From an uncultured delta proteobacterium (lineage in GTDB: Bacteria; Myxococcota_A; Polyangia; Haliangiales; Haliangiaceae): a stretch of DNA of 64,000 bases. Position 1 is the first letter of the stretch, and every line of letters starts with the position of its first letter. The position numbers and the translations under genes are program-made. The notes under the pieces are model-generated. The model had not been told where the DNA came from. It worked only from the letters and a program-made list of their open reading frames with translations, and searched no databases. Shown here piece by piece: positions 1-9,589 of the stretch. The DNA lies in NCBI GenBank assembly GCA_963848295.1, contig CAWKDB010000002.1, positions 1,344,001 through 1,408,000 on the forward strand, in the 5' to 3' direction.

Positions 1-99
1 GCGCGGTTCGAGGGTATCCTCGAGTACATCGTTCAGCACAATCGGTTCGGCAACGCGGTGGTGGCCAATGTCGCGCTTACTCTTCCTTTCGATTATTAG
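1..99 (+). CDS. C-terminal end of an upstream gene (partial), possibly an outer-membrane beta-barrel protein
   Basis: Frame 1 reads ARFEGILEYIVQHNRFGNAVVANVALTLPFDY* with the stop at 97-99. Alternating hydrophobic pattern and terminal aromatic residue. Confidence 0.5.
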   Translation, partial: ARFEGILEYIVQHNRFGNAVVANVALTLPFDY

Positions 100-619
100 C
101 GTCGCGGCGGGCTGCAGTAGTCCGCACCCCAACGCCGATGCCCCGGCCGATGATTGCGGGCCCGGCTCGGCTCCGGCCGACGGGCTCACCGCGACCGGCA
201 CCGGCTTCGCGTTCACGTACGAAGCGCTGATGGCGAGCGCGAACAACGACTGTCCCGATCCCGCCGCGCCGCAGGGCGTGGTGAGCTTGACGATCGAAGG
301 CTCGACCGCGGACGGCACCGGGTTGTTCACGATCTGCGTCGAGCGGCCCGATCACCTCGGCCCGAGCGCCCTCGCACTCGGCACCGATGTTCAGGTCGTC
401 GATGTCACCGGCAGCGCCGGGGGTTGCGACTACGGCATCGACCCGCTCGCGACGCCGACCGGCTCGGTCACCGCGACCGGGGTGTGCGCGAACGGCACCG
501 ATCCGGCGGGCTTCGCCCTGACCGTCACCGGTTCGGTCGGGATGCGCCAGACCTGCGGCGCGACGGTGACGCCCGTCATCGGAGCGCTCGCGGGTACGAC
601 CGCCGTGGGCGCGATGTAG
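68..619 (+). CDS. Hypothetical lipoprotein
   Basis: Signal peptide with lipobox (MSRLLFLSIISVAAG-C); paired Cys residues; GC3-biased codons. Confidence 0.75.
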   Translation: MSRLLFLSIISVAAGCSSPHPNADAPADDCGPGSAPADGLTATGTGFAFTYEALMASANNDCPDPAAPQGVVSLTIEGSTADGTGLFTICVERPDHLGPSALALGTDVQVVDVTGSAGGCDYGIDPLATPTGSVTATGVCANGTDPAGFALTVTGSVGMRQTCGATVTPVIGALAGTTAVGAM

Positions 620-681
620 CGAGCTGTCGGCGCGCGCTGACCGATAGCAGTGGCCGACGTTTCGATGCGACAATCTCGGGC

Positions 682-1533
682 GTGGCGGTCGTCTACCTCG
701 AATACCGCGGCGATCACGTCGAGCTCCCGCTCGGCGAGACGATCGTCGGTCGAGACATCGGCTGCTCGCTGAGGTTCAACGATCGAGCGGTCTCGCGCCG
801 CCATCTCCGGTTCCTCCGCAAGGCCGACGTCGTGTTCGTCGAGGACCTCGGCAGCGCGAACGGCACCGCGGTCAACGGCGAGCGGATCACCGCGTCGACG
901 CTGGTCCACGACGGCGACGAGATCGCGATCGGCGGACGGATCATGGTGTTGCGCGTCCAGGTCGCGCCGGTGCCCGAGCCGATCACGCTCAGCCTCGGCG
1001 ACGTCTCCGACGAGCGCGAGAGCGCGCCGCGGCGACCGGCGACGACCTCGCTATCGCCCGTCGCGGGGCACCAGCGCTGCCCGCGTTGCGGCGCCGCGGT
1101 GTCCGCCACCGACGATGCCTGCGCGACCTGCGAATACGAGTGGGGCGACTTCCGGCCGATGACGCCGACGCTGCAGGGCGCGAATCCCTTGAGCCGGCGC
1201 CGCCACGAGCGCGAGCCGGTCGAGCTCCACCTCGTCTACGTCAGCTCCGAGCTCGAGATCGAGGCGACGACGCGCGACCTCAGCATCAGCGGCGTGTTCG
1301 TGTGCTCGAAGATCCTCGATCCGATCGGCACGCCGTGCTTGCTGACTATCCTGATCGATGGCGGCCCGCCGCTGTCGTTGCGTGGCGTCGTCCGCCGGGT
1401 CGTGTCCCACGACAGCGACGAGCCCGAAGGCCTGGGTATCGAGTTCGTCGAGGTCAGCGCGAGCGATCAGACGTGGCTGCGCAACCAGCTCGGCCACGGC
1501 GACGCGACCGCGCCGTTCGAGACCACGCACTAA
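682..1533 (+). CDS. FHA domain, zinc ribbon, PilZ domain protein
   Basis: In-frame GTG at 682. FHA motifs (IVGR...VSRRH...DLGSANGT), CPRC..CATC ribbon, PilZ motifs RRRHER and DLSISG. Confidence 0.85.
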   Translation: MAVVYLEYRGDHVELPLGETIVGRDIGCSLRFNDRAVSRRHLRFLRKADVVFVEDLGSANGTAVNGERITASTLVHDGDEIAIGGRIMVLRVQVAPVPEPITLSLGDVSDERESAPRRPATTSLSPVAGHQRCPRCGAAVSATDDACATCEYEWGDFRPMTPTLQGANPLSRRRHEREPVELHLVYVSSELEIEATTRDLSISGVFVCSKILDPIGTPCLLTILIDGGPPLSLRGVVRRVVSHDSDEPEGLGIEFVEVSASDQTWLRNQLGHGDATAPFETTH

Positions 1534-3143
1534 TACGACGCGCCGCGCGCCCAGCGAACGATCGGGCGCAGGGCGTCGCGAGCAGTCTCGCGCAGGAGCT
1601 CGGATTCGCCGACGACGCCGGCGACCGCCGGACCGAAGGTGTAGTAGGTCTCGATCGCGAGCTCGCCGAGCACGCTCGACTTGAGGAGCGAATCGCGCAT
1701 GTGCCGGAGCATGCCGACATCGTTCGCCATCACCGACCCGTAGGCGGCGGTCGCGATGAAGCACGCGTCGACCTCGCCGGCTTGGCGGTCGGCGGTCTTG
1801 ACCTCGAGCACCGCGAGCGGGCTCGTGTTGTGGCAGTCGTCATACGCTTGGACGCCGACGTAGTAGTCGGTCTCGGGCAGCAGGCCATCGATCTCGACGG
1901 TCTGGACTTGGCCCGACGGCGCGGGCGTCACCGCGGCAGCGATCGGCATCGCGTTCGCGAAGTTGTCGGGTGTGATCGGCGTGCCGACTTGGACGCGCAC
2001 GTCGTAGCCGGCGACCTGGCCGATCAGGCCATCGTCGCCTGGCGCGATGAACGACACGGTCGCGCTCTGGCTGGTCACGCCGACGCTCTGCATGCTGCCC
2101 GGCATCGCCGGCGCGATGTTGTCGGTCTGCGGGATGATGTCGACCGCGATCCGGCCGTTGCCCGATGGCAGCAGCTGGAGCCGCGACGCGCCCGAGCCCG
2201 GCGTGTCGCTCGTGATCGTGTCGTCCGGTGGCCGGACAACGCCATCCGCGCCGGTCGGATCGCCGTACCCGAAGTAGTCGGTCGCGCTCGCGGTCGTCTC
2301 GGTCGCGCCCATCGTCACCGGGATGCGATAGACGATCGATGGCTGGCCGCGATAGGCCTCGCCGTAGTTGCCGTACGCGACCTGCGGCGACGGATAGACC
2401 GTCGAGTTATAGATGCCGTTGAAATCGAACGCGCGCGACACCTCGACCCACAGGACGTAGTCGCCGGCCGGGATCGTCGACGGCTTGGTCCACGAGATCG
2501 CCGCGGTCGCGCCGCCCGGGGGCGTCGCTTGCGACACCGCGTCGAACGGATCGAGCGAGGCGTACATGCTGACCGATGGCGAGTCCATGCCGCCACCGGG
2601 CTGGAGATCCGCGCGCGGCGGATACAGCGAGGTCTGGGTCGACGACAGCTCGCCCTTGTCGGTGTACGAGTAGACCGAGGCGCACGTGCCGGTATCCCAC
2701 TGCGGCTCGGAGTCGAGCATCGGCCGGCAATACGGCGGATCGGCTTCGATCGAGCTCTGGGCGAACGAGTGCGACAGGTCGCTGTCGGCGCCGTCCTGGA
2801 AGTTGACCTGCGGGAACGTCATGCCGTGGCGGTGCGCCCAGACCGGGAACACCGTGATCCGCCGGCCGTACGGCCACAGATCATGGCCGGCCGGTCCGCT
2901 GTTGAAGTCCATCCGGCCCGGTCGATTGCCGAGCCCGTAGTGGCCGGTCTTCTGCGTGATGTAGATCGTATCGACGTAGTTGCCGCTCGTGTCCTCGAGC
3001 CACGCCACCATCTGCAGCTGATCGGTCGACGGCACGAAATCGACGCCGACCGTCGTGCACGAGTTGTCGGCGTGGGCGGCGAGAGGCAGCGCGAACGCGC
3101 CGGCGGTGACGAGAGCGGCCAGAGACGGCATGCGACGCGGCAT
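1530..3143 (-). CDS. Secreted DUF2271-like / FN3 / CFI-box-CTERM protein (paralog 2)
   Basis: Signal peptide AHA; QMVAWLEDTSGNYVDTIY; FN3-like APGDDG...YDVR...LLPETDYYVGVQAYD; C-terminal CFIATAAYGS. Confidence 0.8.
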   Translation of the reverse strand: MPRRMPSLAALVTAGAFALPLAAHADNSCTTVGVDFVPSTDQLQMVAWLEDTSGNYVDTIYITQKTGHYGLGNRPGRMDFNSGPAGHDLWPYGRRITVFPVWAHRHGMTFPQVNFQDGADSDLSHSFAQSSIEADPPYCRPMLDSEPQWDTGTCASVYSYTDKGELSSTQTSLYPPRADLQPGGGMDSPSVSMYASLDPFDAVSQATPPGGATAAISWTKPSTIPAGDYVLWVEVSRAFDFNGIYNSTVYPSPQVAYGNYGEAYRGQPSIVYRIPVTMGATETTASATDYFGYGDPTGADGVVRPPDDTITSDTPGSGASRLQLLPSGNGRIAVDIIPQTDNIAPAMPGSMQSVGVTSQSATVSFIAPGDDGLIGQVAGYDVRVQVGTPITPDNFANAMPIAAAVTPAPSGQVQTVEIDGLLPETDYYVGVQAYDDCHNTSPLAVLEVKTADRQAGEVDACFIATAAYGSVMANDVGMLRHMRDSLLKSSVLGELAIETYYTFGPAVAGVVGESELLRETARDALRPIVRWARGASY

Positions 3144-4768
3144 CAGCGAACCTCTCCTTGTACGAACCGGACGAGCGGAGAGATCGCCGCGCGAGCGGTC
3201 GCGCGCAGCAGGTCGGACTGGCCGATGAACCCGGCGACCGGCGGGCTGAACGTGTAGTAGGTCTCGACCGCGAGCTCGCCGAGCACGCTCGACTTCAGCA
3301 CCGAGTCGCGGACGCGGCGGAGCAGCTCGACCTGATTCGCCATCGGCGAGCCATACGCGGCGGTCGCGATGAAGCAGGCGTCGACCTGGCCGGGCTGGAG
3401 CGCGGTCGTCGTCAGCTCGACGATCTGGAGCTCGCTCTCGTTGTGGCAGTCGTCGTACGCGCGGACGCCGACCCAGTAGTTGGTCTCCGGCAACAGCCCA
3501 TCGATCTCGACGCTCTGGGTCGAGCCGGACGGACCGGGCGCGACCGTCGCGGCGATCGGCATCGAGTCGTCGAAGTTATCGGCGGTCATCGGATCGTTCG
3601 CGCGCACGTGGATATCGTAACCCGACACCATGCCGACCAAGCCGTCATCGCCTGGCGCGGTGAATTGCACGGTCACGCTCTCGGCCCCGACCGTCGTCGC
3701 GACCAGGCTCGCCGGTTGCGCCGGCGGCGTGCAGTCGAGCTCCGGCTTGACGTCGACGCGCACGCGGTACATCGCGGTGCCGTCGGCGGTGATCGCGATC
3801 CGCGACGCGCCGGAGCCCGGGGTGTCGGTCGTGATCGTCGCGTCCGGCGGCCGGACCGCGCCGTCCCCGCCGGTCGGATCGCTGTAGCCGAAGTAGTCGA
3901 GGGCATCGGCCACCGTCTCGGACGCGCCGAACGTGAACGGCACGCGATAGACGACCGACGGCTGGCCGCGGTACGGCTCGCCGTACATCCCGTACGGCAC
4001 CATCGGCGGCGGGAACACCGTCGCGTTGTAGCTCGCGTTGAAGTCGAAGCCGCGCGACACCTCGACCCACATCACGTAGTCGCCGGCCGCGAGCGTCGAC
4101 GGAATCGGCCAGTCGATCGTCGCGAGCGCGCCGGCGGGCGGCGTCGCCTGCGAGATCGCGTCCCACGGGTTCAGCGCCTTGTACATCGCGACCGACGCCG
4201 AGTCGGTGCCGGCCTGCTGCGTGACGTCGGCGCGCGGTGGATAGAGCGAGGTCGCGGTCGCCGAGAACACACCCTTGTCGGTCCCGACGTGCGTCGCGCA
4301 CGTGCCCGCGTCCCAACGCGGGTCGGTGTCCTGGAGCGGCTGGCAGTACGGCGGATCGACCTCGGTCGAGCTCTGATTCAACGGGTGGCTGAGCGCGTTT
4401 TCGTCGCCGTCCTGGAAGTCGACCTCGGGGAACGTCATGCCGTGGCGGTGCGCCCACACCGGGAACGTCGTGATCCGCCGGCCGTACGGCCACATGTCGT
4501 TCACGACCGGGCCGCTGTTGAAGTCGAACCGGCCGGGGCGATTGCCCATCCCGTACAAGCCGATCTTGTGGGTGACGTAGATCGTGTCGATGTAGTTGCC
4601 GGCGGGGTCTTCGACCCAGGCGACGATCTGGAGATCGCTGGTCGCCGGGTTGAAGTCGACGCCGACCACGTTGCACGTCGTGTTGCACGCAGGGTCGGCC
4701 TGGCCGACCGCCGGCGCGGCGCAGACCGCACCGAGTGCGATCAGCGTGAACCCGCGCGCCAAGGCCAT
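3143..4768 (-). CDS. Secreted DUF2271-like / FN3 / CFI-box-CTERM protein (paralog 1)
   Basis: Same architecture and colinear similarity to 1530..3143; 1-nt TGATG overlap. Confidence 0.8.
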   Translation of the reverse strand: MALARGFTLIALGAVCAAPAVGQADPACNTTCNVVGVDFNPATSDLQIVAWVEDPAGNYIDTIYVTHKIGLYGMGNRPGRFDFNSGPVVNDMWPYGRRITTFPVWAHRHGMTFPEVDFQDGDENALSHPLNQSSTEVDPPYCQPLQDTDPRWDAGTCATHVGTDKGVFSATATSLYPPRADVTQQAGTDSASVAMYKALNPWDAISQATPPAGALATIDWPIPSTLAAGDYVMWVEVSRGFDFNASYNATVFPPPMVPYGMYGEPYRGQPSVVYRVPFTFGASETVADALDYFGYSDPTGGDGAVRPPDATITTDTPGSGASRIAITADGTAMYRVRVDVKPELDCTPPAQPASLVATTVGAESVTVQFTAPGDDGLVGMVSGYDIHVRANDPMTADNFDDSMPIAATVAPGPSGSTQSVEIDGLLPETNYWVGVRAYDDCHNESELQIVELTTTALQPGQVDACFIATAAYGSPMANQVELLRRVRDSVLKSSVLGELAVETYYTFSPPVAGFIGQSDLLRATARAAISPLVRFVQGEVR

Positions 4769-4857
4769 CGAGCGCAGTATTGCCCGGCGGCGTGCGTCCG
4801 CAAAGCACGAACGAGGCCGTGATGGCCAATGTCACACCAGCGGCATAGCGTCCCCGC

Positions 4858-5625
4858 GTGGCCCGGACGCCGAGCGCCGAATACCTCGTCCTCGATATCG
4901 AGACGATCCCCGACGTCGAGCGCTGGGCGCGTCCCGAGTTGCCCCACGGCGAGGCGCCGTTTCCACCGACGTGGGCTCACCGCATCGTCGTGATCGGCTG
5001 TCTGTGGCTCGATCACGGCTATCGGCTCAAGCGGCTCGGCGTGATCGGCGACCCCGACACCGCCGGACCCGACGCCTCCGCCGACGAGCGCGAGCGCATG
5101 TTGCTCGAGGATTTCTCGCGGTTCGTCGGCCGCGCCCGGCCGGTGCTCGTGACGTACAACGGCCGCAGCTTCGACTTGCCGGTGATCGCGTTGCGCGCGC
5201 TGTGTCACGGCGTCTCGCTCGGTTGGTACTACCGCGAGCGCAACGTTCGCTCTCGCTACAGCGAGGAGGGCCACCTCGATCTGTGCGATTGGCTCGCCGA
5301 CCACGGCGCGACGCGATCGGGCAGCCTCGACGCGGTCGCGCGCTTGATCGGCTTGCCCGGCAAGGTCGGCGTCGACGGCTCGCAGGTCGAAGGCCTGTAC
5401 CGCGCCGGTCAGCTCGCCGCGATCCAGCGCTATTGCCTCGCCGATGTCGTGCAGACCGCGTTGCTGTTCCTGCGGTTCCGCCTGCTGCAAGGCGTGCTGC
5501 GCGCCGACGCGTATCACGAGGCGACCGCGAGCTTGCTCGACGCGCTCGCCGGCGACGGCCGCGTTGGCGAGGTGCTCTCCGGCATCGATCGCGTACACTT
5601 GCTCGGGCCATCCGCGGGACCGTGA
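4858..5625 (+). CDS. 3'-5' exonuclease, PolB-exo-like (DEDD family)
   Basis: ExoI LDIETIPD, Exo[13 protein letters not shown], ExoIII RYCLADV. Confidence 0.85.
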   Translation: MARTPSAEYLVLDIETIPDVERWARPELPHGEAPFPPTWAHRIVVIGCLWLDHGYRLKRLGVIGDPDTAGPDASADERERMLLEDFSRFVGRARPVLVTYNGRSFDLPVIALRALCHGVSLGWYYRERNVRSRYSEEGHLDLCDWLADHGATRSGSLDAVARLIGLPGKVGVDGSQVEGLYRAGQLAAIQRYCLADVVQTALLFLRFRLLQGVLRADAYHEATASLLDALAGDGRVGEVLSGIDRVHLLGPSAGP

Positions 5626-6239
5626 CGACGACCGATCCAACCGCGGCGCGAGTCGCGCCGACCATCGCCGAGCTCGCCGCGGAGCGGTTGCCGCAGACGT
5701 TCTTCGCACGACCGGCCGCGACCGTCGCGCGCGCGTTGATCGGCTGCGCGCTCGTCCATCGCCAGCGCGCCGGCATGATCGTCGAGACCGAGGCGTACGT
5801 CGGCGAGCACGACGCCGCCTGCCATGCCCGCAGCGGCGTGACCGCGCGCAACGCCGTGCTGTTCGGCCTCGGCGGCGTGAGCTACGTCTACTTGATCTAC
5901 GGCATCCACGACATGTTCAACATCGTCACCGGCGTCGAGGGCAGCGGCGAGGCCGTGCTGATCCGCGCGATCGCGCCGCTCGTCGGGCTGCGCGATGACA
6001 TCGCGATCGGCCGCGGCCCGGGCAACGTCACGAAGGCGCTCGCGCTGGGTCGCCGGCACGATCGCCGAGACCTGGCGCGCGGGGCGCTGTTCGTCGCTCG
6101 CTATCGCACGCCGCCGCGCGGTGCGATCGCCCGCGGCCCGCGCATCGGTGTCGACTATGCCGGCGCGTGGGCCGCGAAGCCGCTCCGGTTCTGGTGGCGC
6201 GGCGAGCCCTCGGTCTCGCGCTCGGCGGGTCGACGATAG
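5622..6239 (+). CDS. DNA-3-methyladenine glycosylase (MPG/AAG family)
   Basis: [47 protein letters not shown] overlap with the exonuclease stop. Confidence 0.9.
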   Translation: MTTTDPTAARVAPTIAELAAERLPQTFFARPAATVARALIGCALVHRQRAGMIVETEAYVGEHDAACHARSGVTARNAVLFGLGGVSYVYLIYGIHDMFNIVTGVEGSGEAVLIRAIAPLVGLRDDIAIGRGPGNVTKALALGRRHDRRDLARGALFVARYRTPPRGAIARGPRIGVDYAGAWAAKPLRFWWRGEPSVSRSAGRR

Positions 6240-6253
6240 CGACACCGTCGCCG

Positions 6254-7066
6254 CTACGCGGGCACGACGGCGACCCGGCGCAGGCGCTGGCGAAACAGCT
6301 CGACGCCGAGCTTCTTGCGGTCGAGGCTCTTGGCCGGCCGATAGTGAAAGTGCGGCGCATCGCGCACGGTGACGAGCGTGTCGACGTGCGGCACGCCGAG
6401 CTCGTCGAGCCACGTGCCGACCTCGTGCTCGAGCGCGCCGCCTTCGGCGAGCCACGCCACCGTCTTATGCTCGGTCAAGCGCAGCGTCGCCCGGTGCGCG
6501 CGCACGTAGATGCTGAGCTCGAGGTGGCCGTTGCCGATCAGCTCTTCGTCGTGATCGTCGAGGAACCGCAACGCCTTCTTCGCGTTGATCCGCGAGGTCA
6601 ACCAGACGTCGGACGCGGCGGCGTCGTCGAAGTGGCTCATCACGCGGACCTCGAGGTTGTCGGCGGTGGGCAGCCGTTCGATGAGGCCGAGGAACACGTC
6701 GGTCACGTGCTCGGCATCGGGCTGCGCTTCGATCACGAGCAGCTCCGAGTCCGGACGCACGAGCCAGCCGGTGTGCGCATCGGCGACCGCGGCGCTGCGA
6801 CCGAGCGCGGGCAGCACGCCGGTGGGCCACGCGAACGGCGCGACCGGGGCCGCGTCGCCGAGCATGACGACGTGGTGCTTGCCGACCGACTCACCGAGCG
6901 GAATCTCGTCGGCGTTCGCGTGCTCCGCCGCGACCGGCCAGCTGCCCGGGACCTGGCTGCGCGCCGCCGCGATCGCGGTGCCCATGTGCTCGCCCGACGC
7001 CGCGACGAGCAACGCCGGACCCTCGGGACGCGCGAGCGCGACGCGGTACCAGCTCGCGCCGATCAT
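6254..7066 (-). CDS. Hypothetical protein
   Basis: 270-aa ORF with normal composition; 4-nt overlap with the upstream gene. Confidence 0.7.
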   Translation of the reverse strand: MIGASWYRVALARPEGPALLVAASGEHMGTAIAAARSQVPGSWPVAAEHANADEIPLGESVGKHHVVMLGDAAPVAPFAWPTGVLPALGRSAAVADAHTGWLVRPDSELLVIEAQPDAEHVTDVFLGLIERLPTADNLEVRVMSHFDDAAASDVWLTSRINAKKALRFLDDHDEELIGNGHLELSIYVRAHRATLRLTEHKTVAWLAEGGALEHEVGTWLDELGVPHVDTLVTVRDAPHFHYRPAKSLDRKKLGVELFRQRLRRVAVVPA

Positions 7067-8322
7067 CCGCCGACCACCGAGCTCGGGAATTGCAGCACGA
7101 CGATCGTGACCTTACCCGCGATCAGGCCGCCGATCGCGGTCGCGGTCTGCGGCACGCCGCCCATCGAGGTCACCGAGAACGTCGTGCCGAACGGCGCGTC
7201 CTGCGAGACGAAGATGCCGTTGCTCGTCGTCCCCGGCAGGCTCGTAAAGCCGGTGCGGTCGACCGAGAGGTACTCGAGCGGCGTCGGCGCGGGCGGGTCT
7301 GTCGCGACCTGGTAGCCCACGAGCGGGCCGCCGACATTGTCGAGCACGATGCCGACGACCATGCCGGCATCGGGAAACTCGGACAGCCCGCTCGCGACCA
7401 GCAGCTGATCGAGCGTGCCGCGCGCCAACCGCTCGCCGAGAATATCGATCGAGGAATCGGTCGGCGACGCCGCTCGGCAGCTGACCGCGCCGGTGGTCTG
7501 CGCGCCGTCCTCGAGCACCTCGATGCACGCGGTGTGCTGAAACATGATGCCGACCTGCTTCGACCAGGTGGGCACGGTCGGATCCGACCCGTGATCGAGC
7601 ACGGCTTGATCCGCCGGGTCGAGCGTGAACTCGGTCGCGGTGCCGACCAGCGTCGGCTGCGGTTCGCCGACCGACACGTTCAAGAGATTCGCCACCGATT
7701 CGACGACCGGCAAACGGCTGTCGTAGTCGTAGACCGTCGACGTCACCTCCACGTCCGCGGTGCCGCACGCCTCGAGCTGCGCGAGGTTCGTGCAGCCGAG
7801 GTCGACCACGGTCTCGGTGTCGCCCGGGTGATAGAACGCGACGCCGCCGATCGCGGGCTCGAGGCACTGCGCGGGATCGGGGTCGCTGCACGGGTTGATC
7901 GCTTCGATCGGCAGGCCGTCGGCGCCGAACGTGCTGCGCGACGGGCAGATCAACAAGTTCGTGTTCGGGTCGGTCTCGATCTCGGACGCGGGATAGACCG
8001 CCATCTCGACCTCGAGGGTCTGGAGCGGAATTCTTTGCATCGGCTCCGGCAGATCGATCTCGGCGATCGAGCACAGGTCGCGACGACCGGTGAGCGCCTT
8101 GCACGCCGCGACGTACGGCGCGGTCGGTTGGTCGGGATCGAAGATCCGGATGCTGACGACCGCGTCGCACGGGATCGCGACATCCGCGCACGTCTGCGCG
8201 GGCTCGCCGGTGCTCGAGAAGCACACCTGCGAATCGCCGGGGGTGAGCGCGAACTTCAGCGTCATCGGCGGATCGCTGCACGCCGCGAGCGCGATCGCCG
8301 CGTAGAGCACCGCCGCTCTCAT
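7063..8322 (-). CDS. Hypothetical Cys-rich lipoprotein
   Basis: MRAAVLYAAIALAA-C lipobox; ATGA coupling on both sides. Confidence 0.75.
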   Translation of the reverse strand: MRAAVLYAAIALAACSDPPMTLKFALTPGDSQVCFSSTGEPAQTCADVAIPCDAVVSIRIFDPDQPTAPYVAACKALTGRRDLCSIAEIDLPEPMQRIPLQTLEVEMAVYPASEIETDPNTNLLICPSRSTFGADGLPIEAINPCSDPDPAQCLEPAIGGVAFYHPGDTETVVDLGCTNLAQLEACGTADVEVTSTVYDYDSRLPVVESVANLLNVSVGEPQPTLVGTATEFTLDPADQAVLDHGSDPTVPTWSKQVGIMFQHTACIEVLEDGAQTTGAVSCRAASPTDSSIDILGERLARGTLDQLLVASGLSEFPDAGMVVGIVLDNVGGPLVGYQVATDPPAPTPLEYLSVDRTGFTSLPGTTSNGIFVSQDAPFGTTFSVTSMGGVPQTATAIGGLIAGKVTIVVLQFPSSVVGG

Positions 8323-9530
8323 CGCCGGGTCTCCATCCCGCTCGACGAGCTATCGGCGTTGCCCGGGGTCACGACGTATCTCTGTTCGGTCGAGATCACG
8401 ATGATCGACACCGCGACCGCGATGATGCCGGCGGCGATCGAGCCCTGGACCCAGGTCTTGCGATACCACGGTGGCTCGACGACGATCTTCTTCGGGATCT
8501 GGATCGGCGGCGGCGGGACCTCCTCGACCTTGCGCGTGGGTGCGAGCCCTTCGAGCAGATCGCCCGGCTGGTCGGACGCCCGCACGACGCGGGGTCCCGA
8601 TAGGCCTGGCGCCTGATCGCGCCAGGTCTGAAAGCTGAGCTTGTCGCCTGCGGCCGTGATCAACACCACGTCGCCGACCTCGAGCAGAGCGGCGAGGTGT
8701 TGGATCGCGCTGGCCTCCGCGGCGGCATCGGACGCGGCGGCGACCGCCAGCCGGAGTCGCATGCGTTTGATCGCGAGGACCTCGTCGGCGGGCGCGTCGT
8801 CGATCGCGACTTTCGCGGCCTGGGCCGCCACGACGTCGACCACCGCGCCGCGGGTCTCGCGGTCGTCACCGGTGATCTGGACGATGTGGCGACCGGTCGT
8901 GACCTGGAACGTGCCCGGTGCATCGCCGACCGCGACGCCGTCGATCCACGCTCGCCCGCTACCGGTGATCGCGAGCGACTGCTTGACGGTCGCCGCGGTG
9001 CTCGCCTTGACGTACGCGCGGATCACGTCGGGCGTGTAGCGGCCCGGATCCGGCTGGCGGCCGGGGTCGAGCCGAGCGGCCAGCGCGAGCTCGGCCGACG
9101 CCGCACCCTGACCGGCGCCGAGCTCGGCGAGCCCGCGCGCGAACGCGAGGTCGGCGTAGGGCTTCGCGGCGGCGCTCGGCGTCACGAGCAGGAGCTCGCC
9201 CTCGCCGAGCTTGCCGGCGGCGTCTGCATCGGCGAACTTGATGTCCTCGATCGCCTGGGTCGCGGTCGCCAATTGGCTGGCGGCGGAGACGAGATGAGGG
9301 CCATCCTCGTCGAGGAGCGGCCCGACGAGCGCAGCCTGCACTGTCGGGCTACCCGCCATTGTCAGATCGGGGTGGTTCGAGAGCTTCCTCGTCACGAAGC
9401 TCGCGAAGCCGGCGCCGTCGCCGCCGCCGGTCAGGTCGATCACCGCCACGGGCCGCCGATCGGCGTACGCCACCCCCGCGATCGCTGCGATGCAGACGAT
9501 CGCCCCAAGCCCCGGCAAGCGGCGCGGCAT
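8319..9530 (-). CDS. Secreted protein with PEGA-like domain and C-terminal membrane anchor
   Basis: Signal peptide AYA; AWIDGVAVGDAP...GRHIVQI; PWYRKTWV followed by a TM helix. ATG at 9530 lies 6 nt after TATAGT. Confidence 0.7.
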   Translation of the reverse strand: MPRRLPGLGAIVCIAAIAGVAYADRRPVAVIDLTGGGDGAGFASFVTRKLSNHPDLTMAGSPTVQAALVGPLLDEDGPHLVSAASQLATATQAIEDIKFADADAAGKLGEGELLLVTPSAAAKPYADLAFARGLAELGAGQGAASAELALAARLDPGRQPDPGRYTPDVIRAYVKASTAATVKQSLAITGSGRAWIDGVAVGDAPGTFQVTTGRHIVQITGDDRETRGAVVDVVAAQAAKVAIDDAPADEVLAIKRMRLRLAVAAASDAAAEASAIQHLAALLEVGDVVLITAAGDKLSFQTWRDQAPGLSGPRVVRASDQPGDLLEGLAPTRKVEEVPPPPIQIPKKIVVEPPWYRKTWVQGSIAAGIIAVAVSIIVISTEQRYVVTPGNADSSSSGMETRR

Positions 9531-9589
9531 TCCCTTACTATATGGCACCTTGGCGGGGAGGGCCCACGGGGTGTGGCGCAGGCCACGTC

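Noticed and set aside
1086..4822. Long plus-strand ORFs (723 aa and 554 aa) opposite the CFI-box genes, and many similar Arg/Ala-rich ORFs across the window
   Set aside because: These are antisense or off-frame shadows of real genes, expected in GC-rich DNA with few stop codons; they carry no recognisable motifs.
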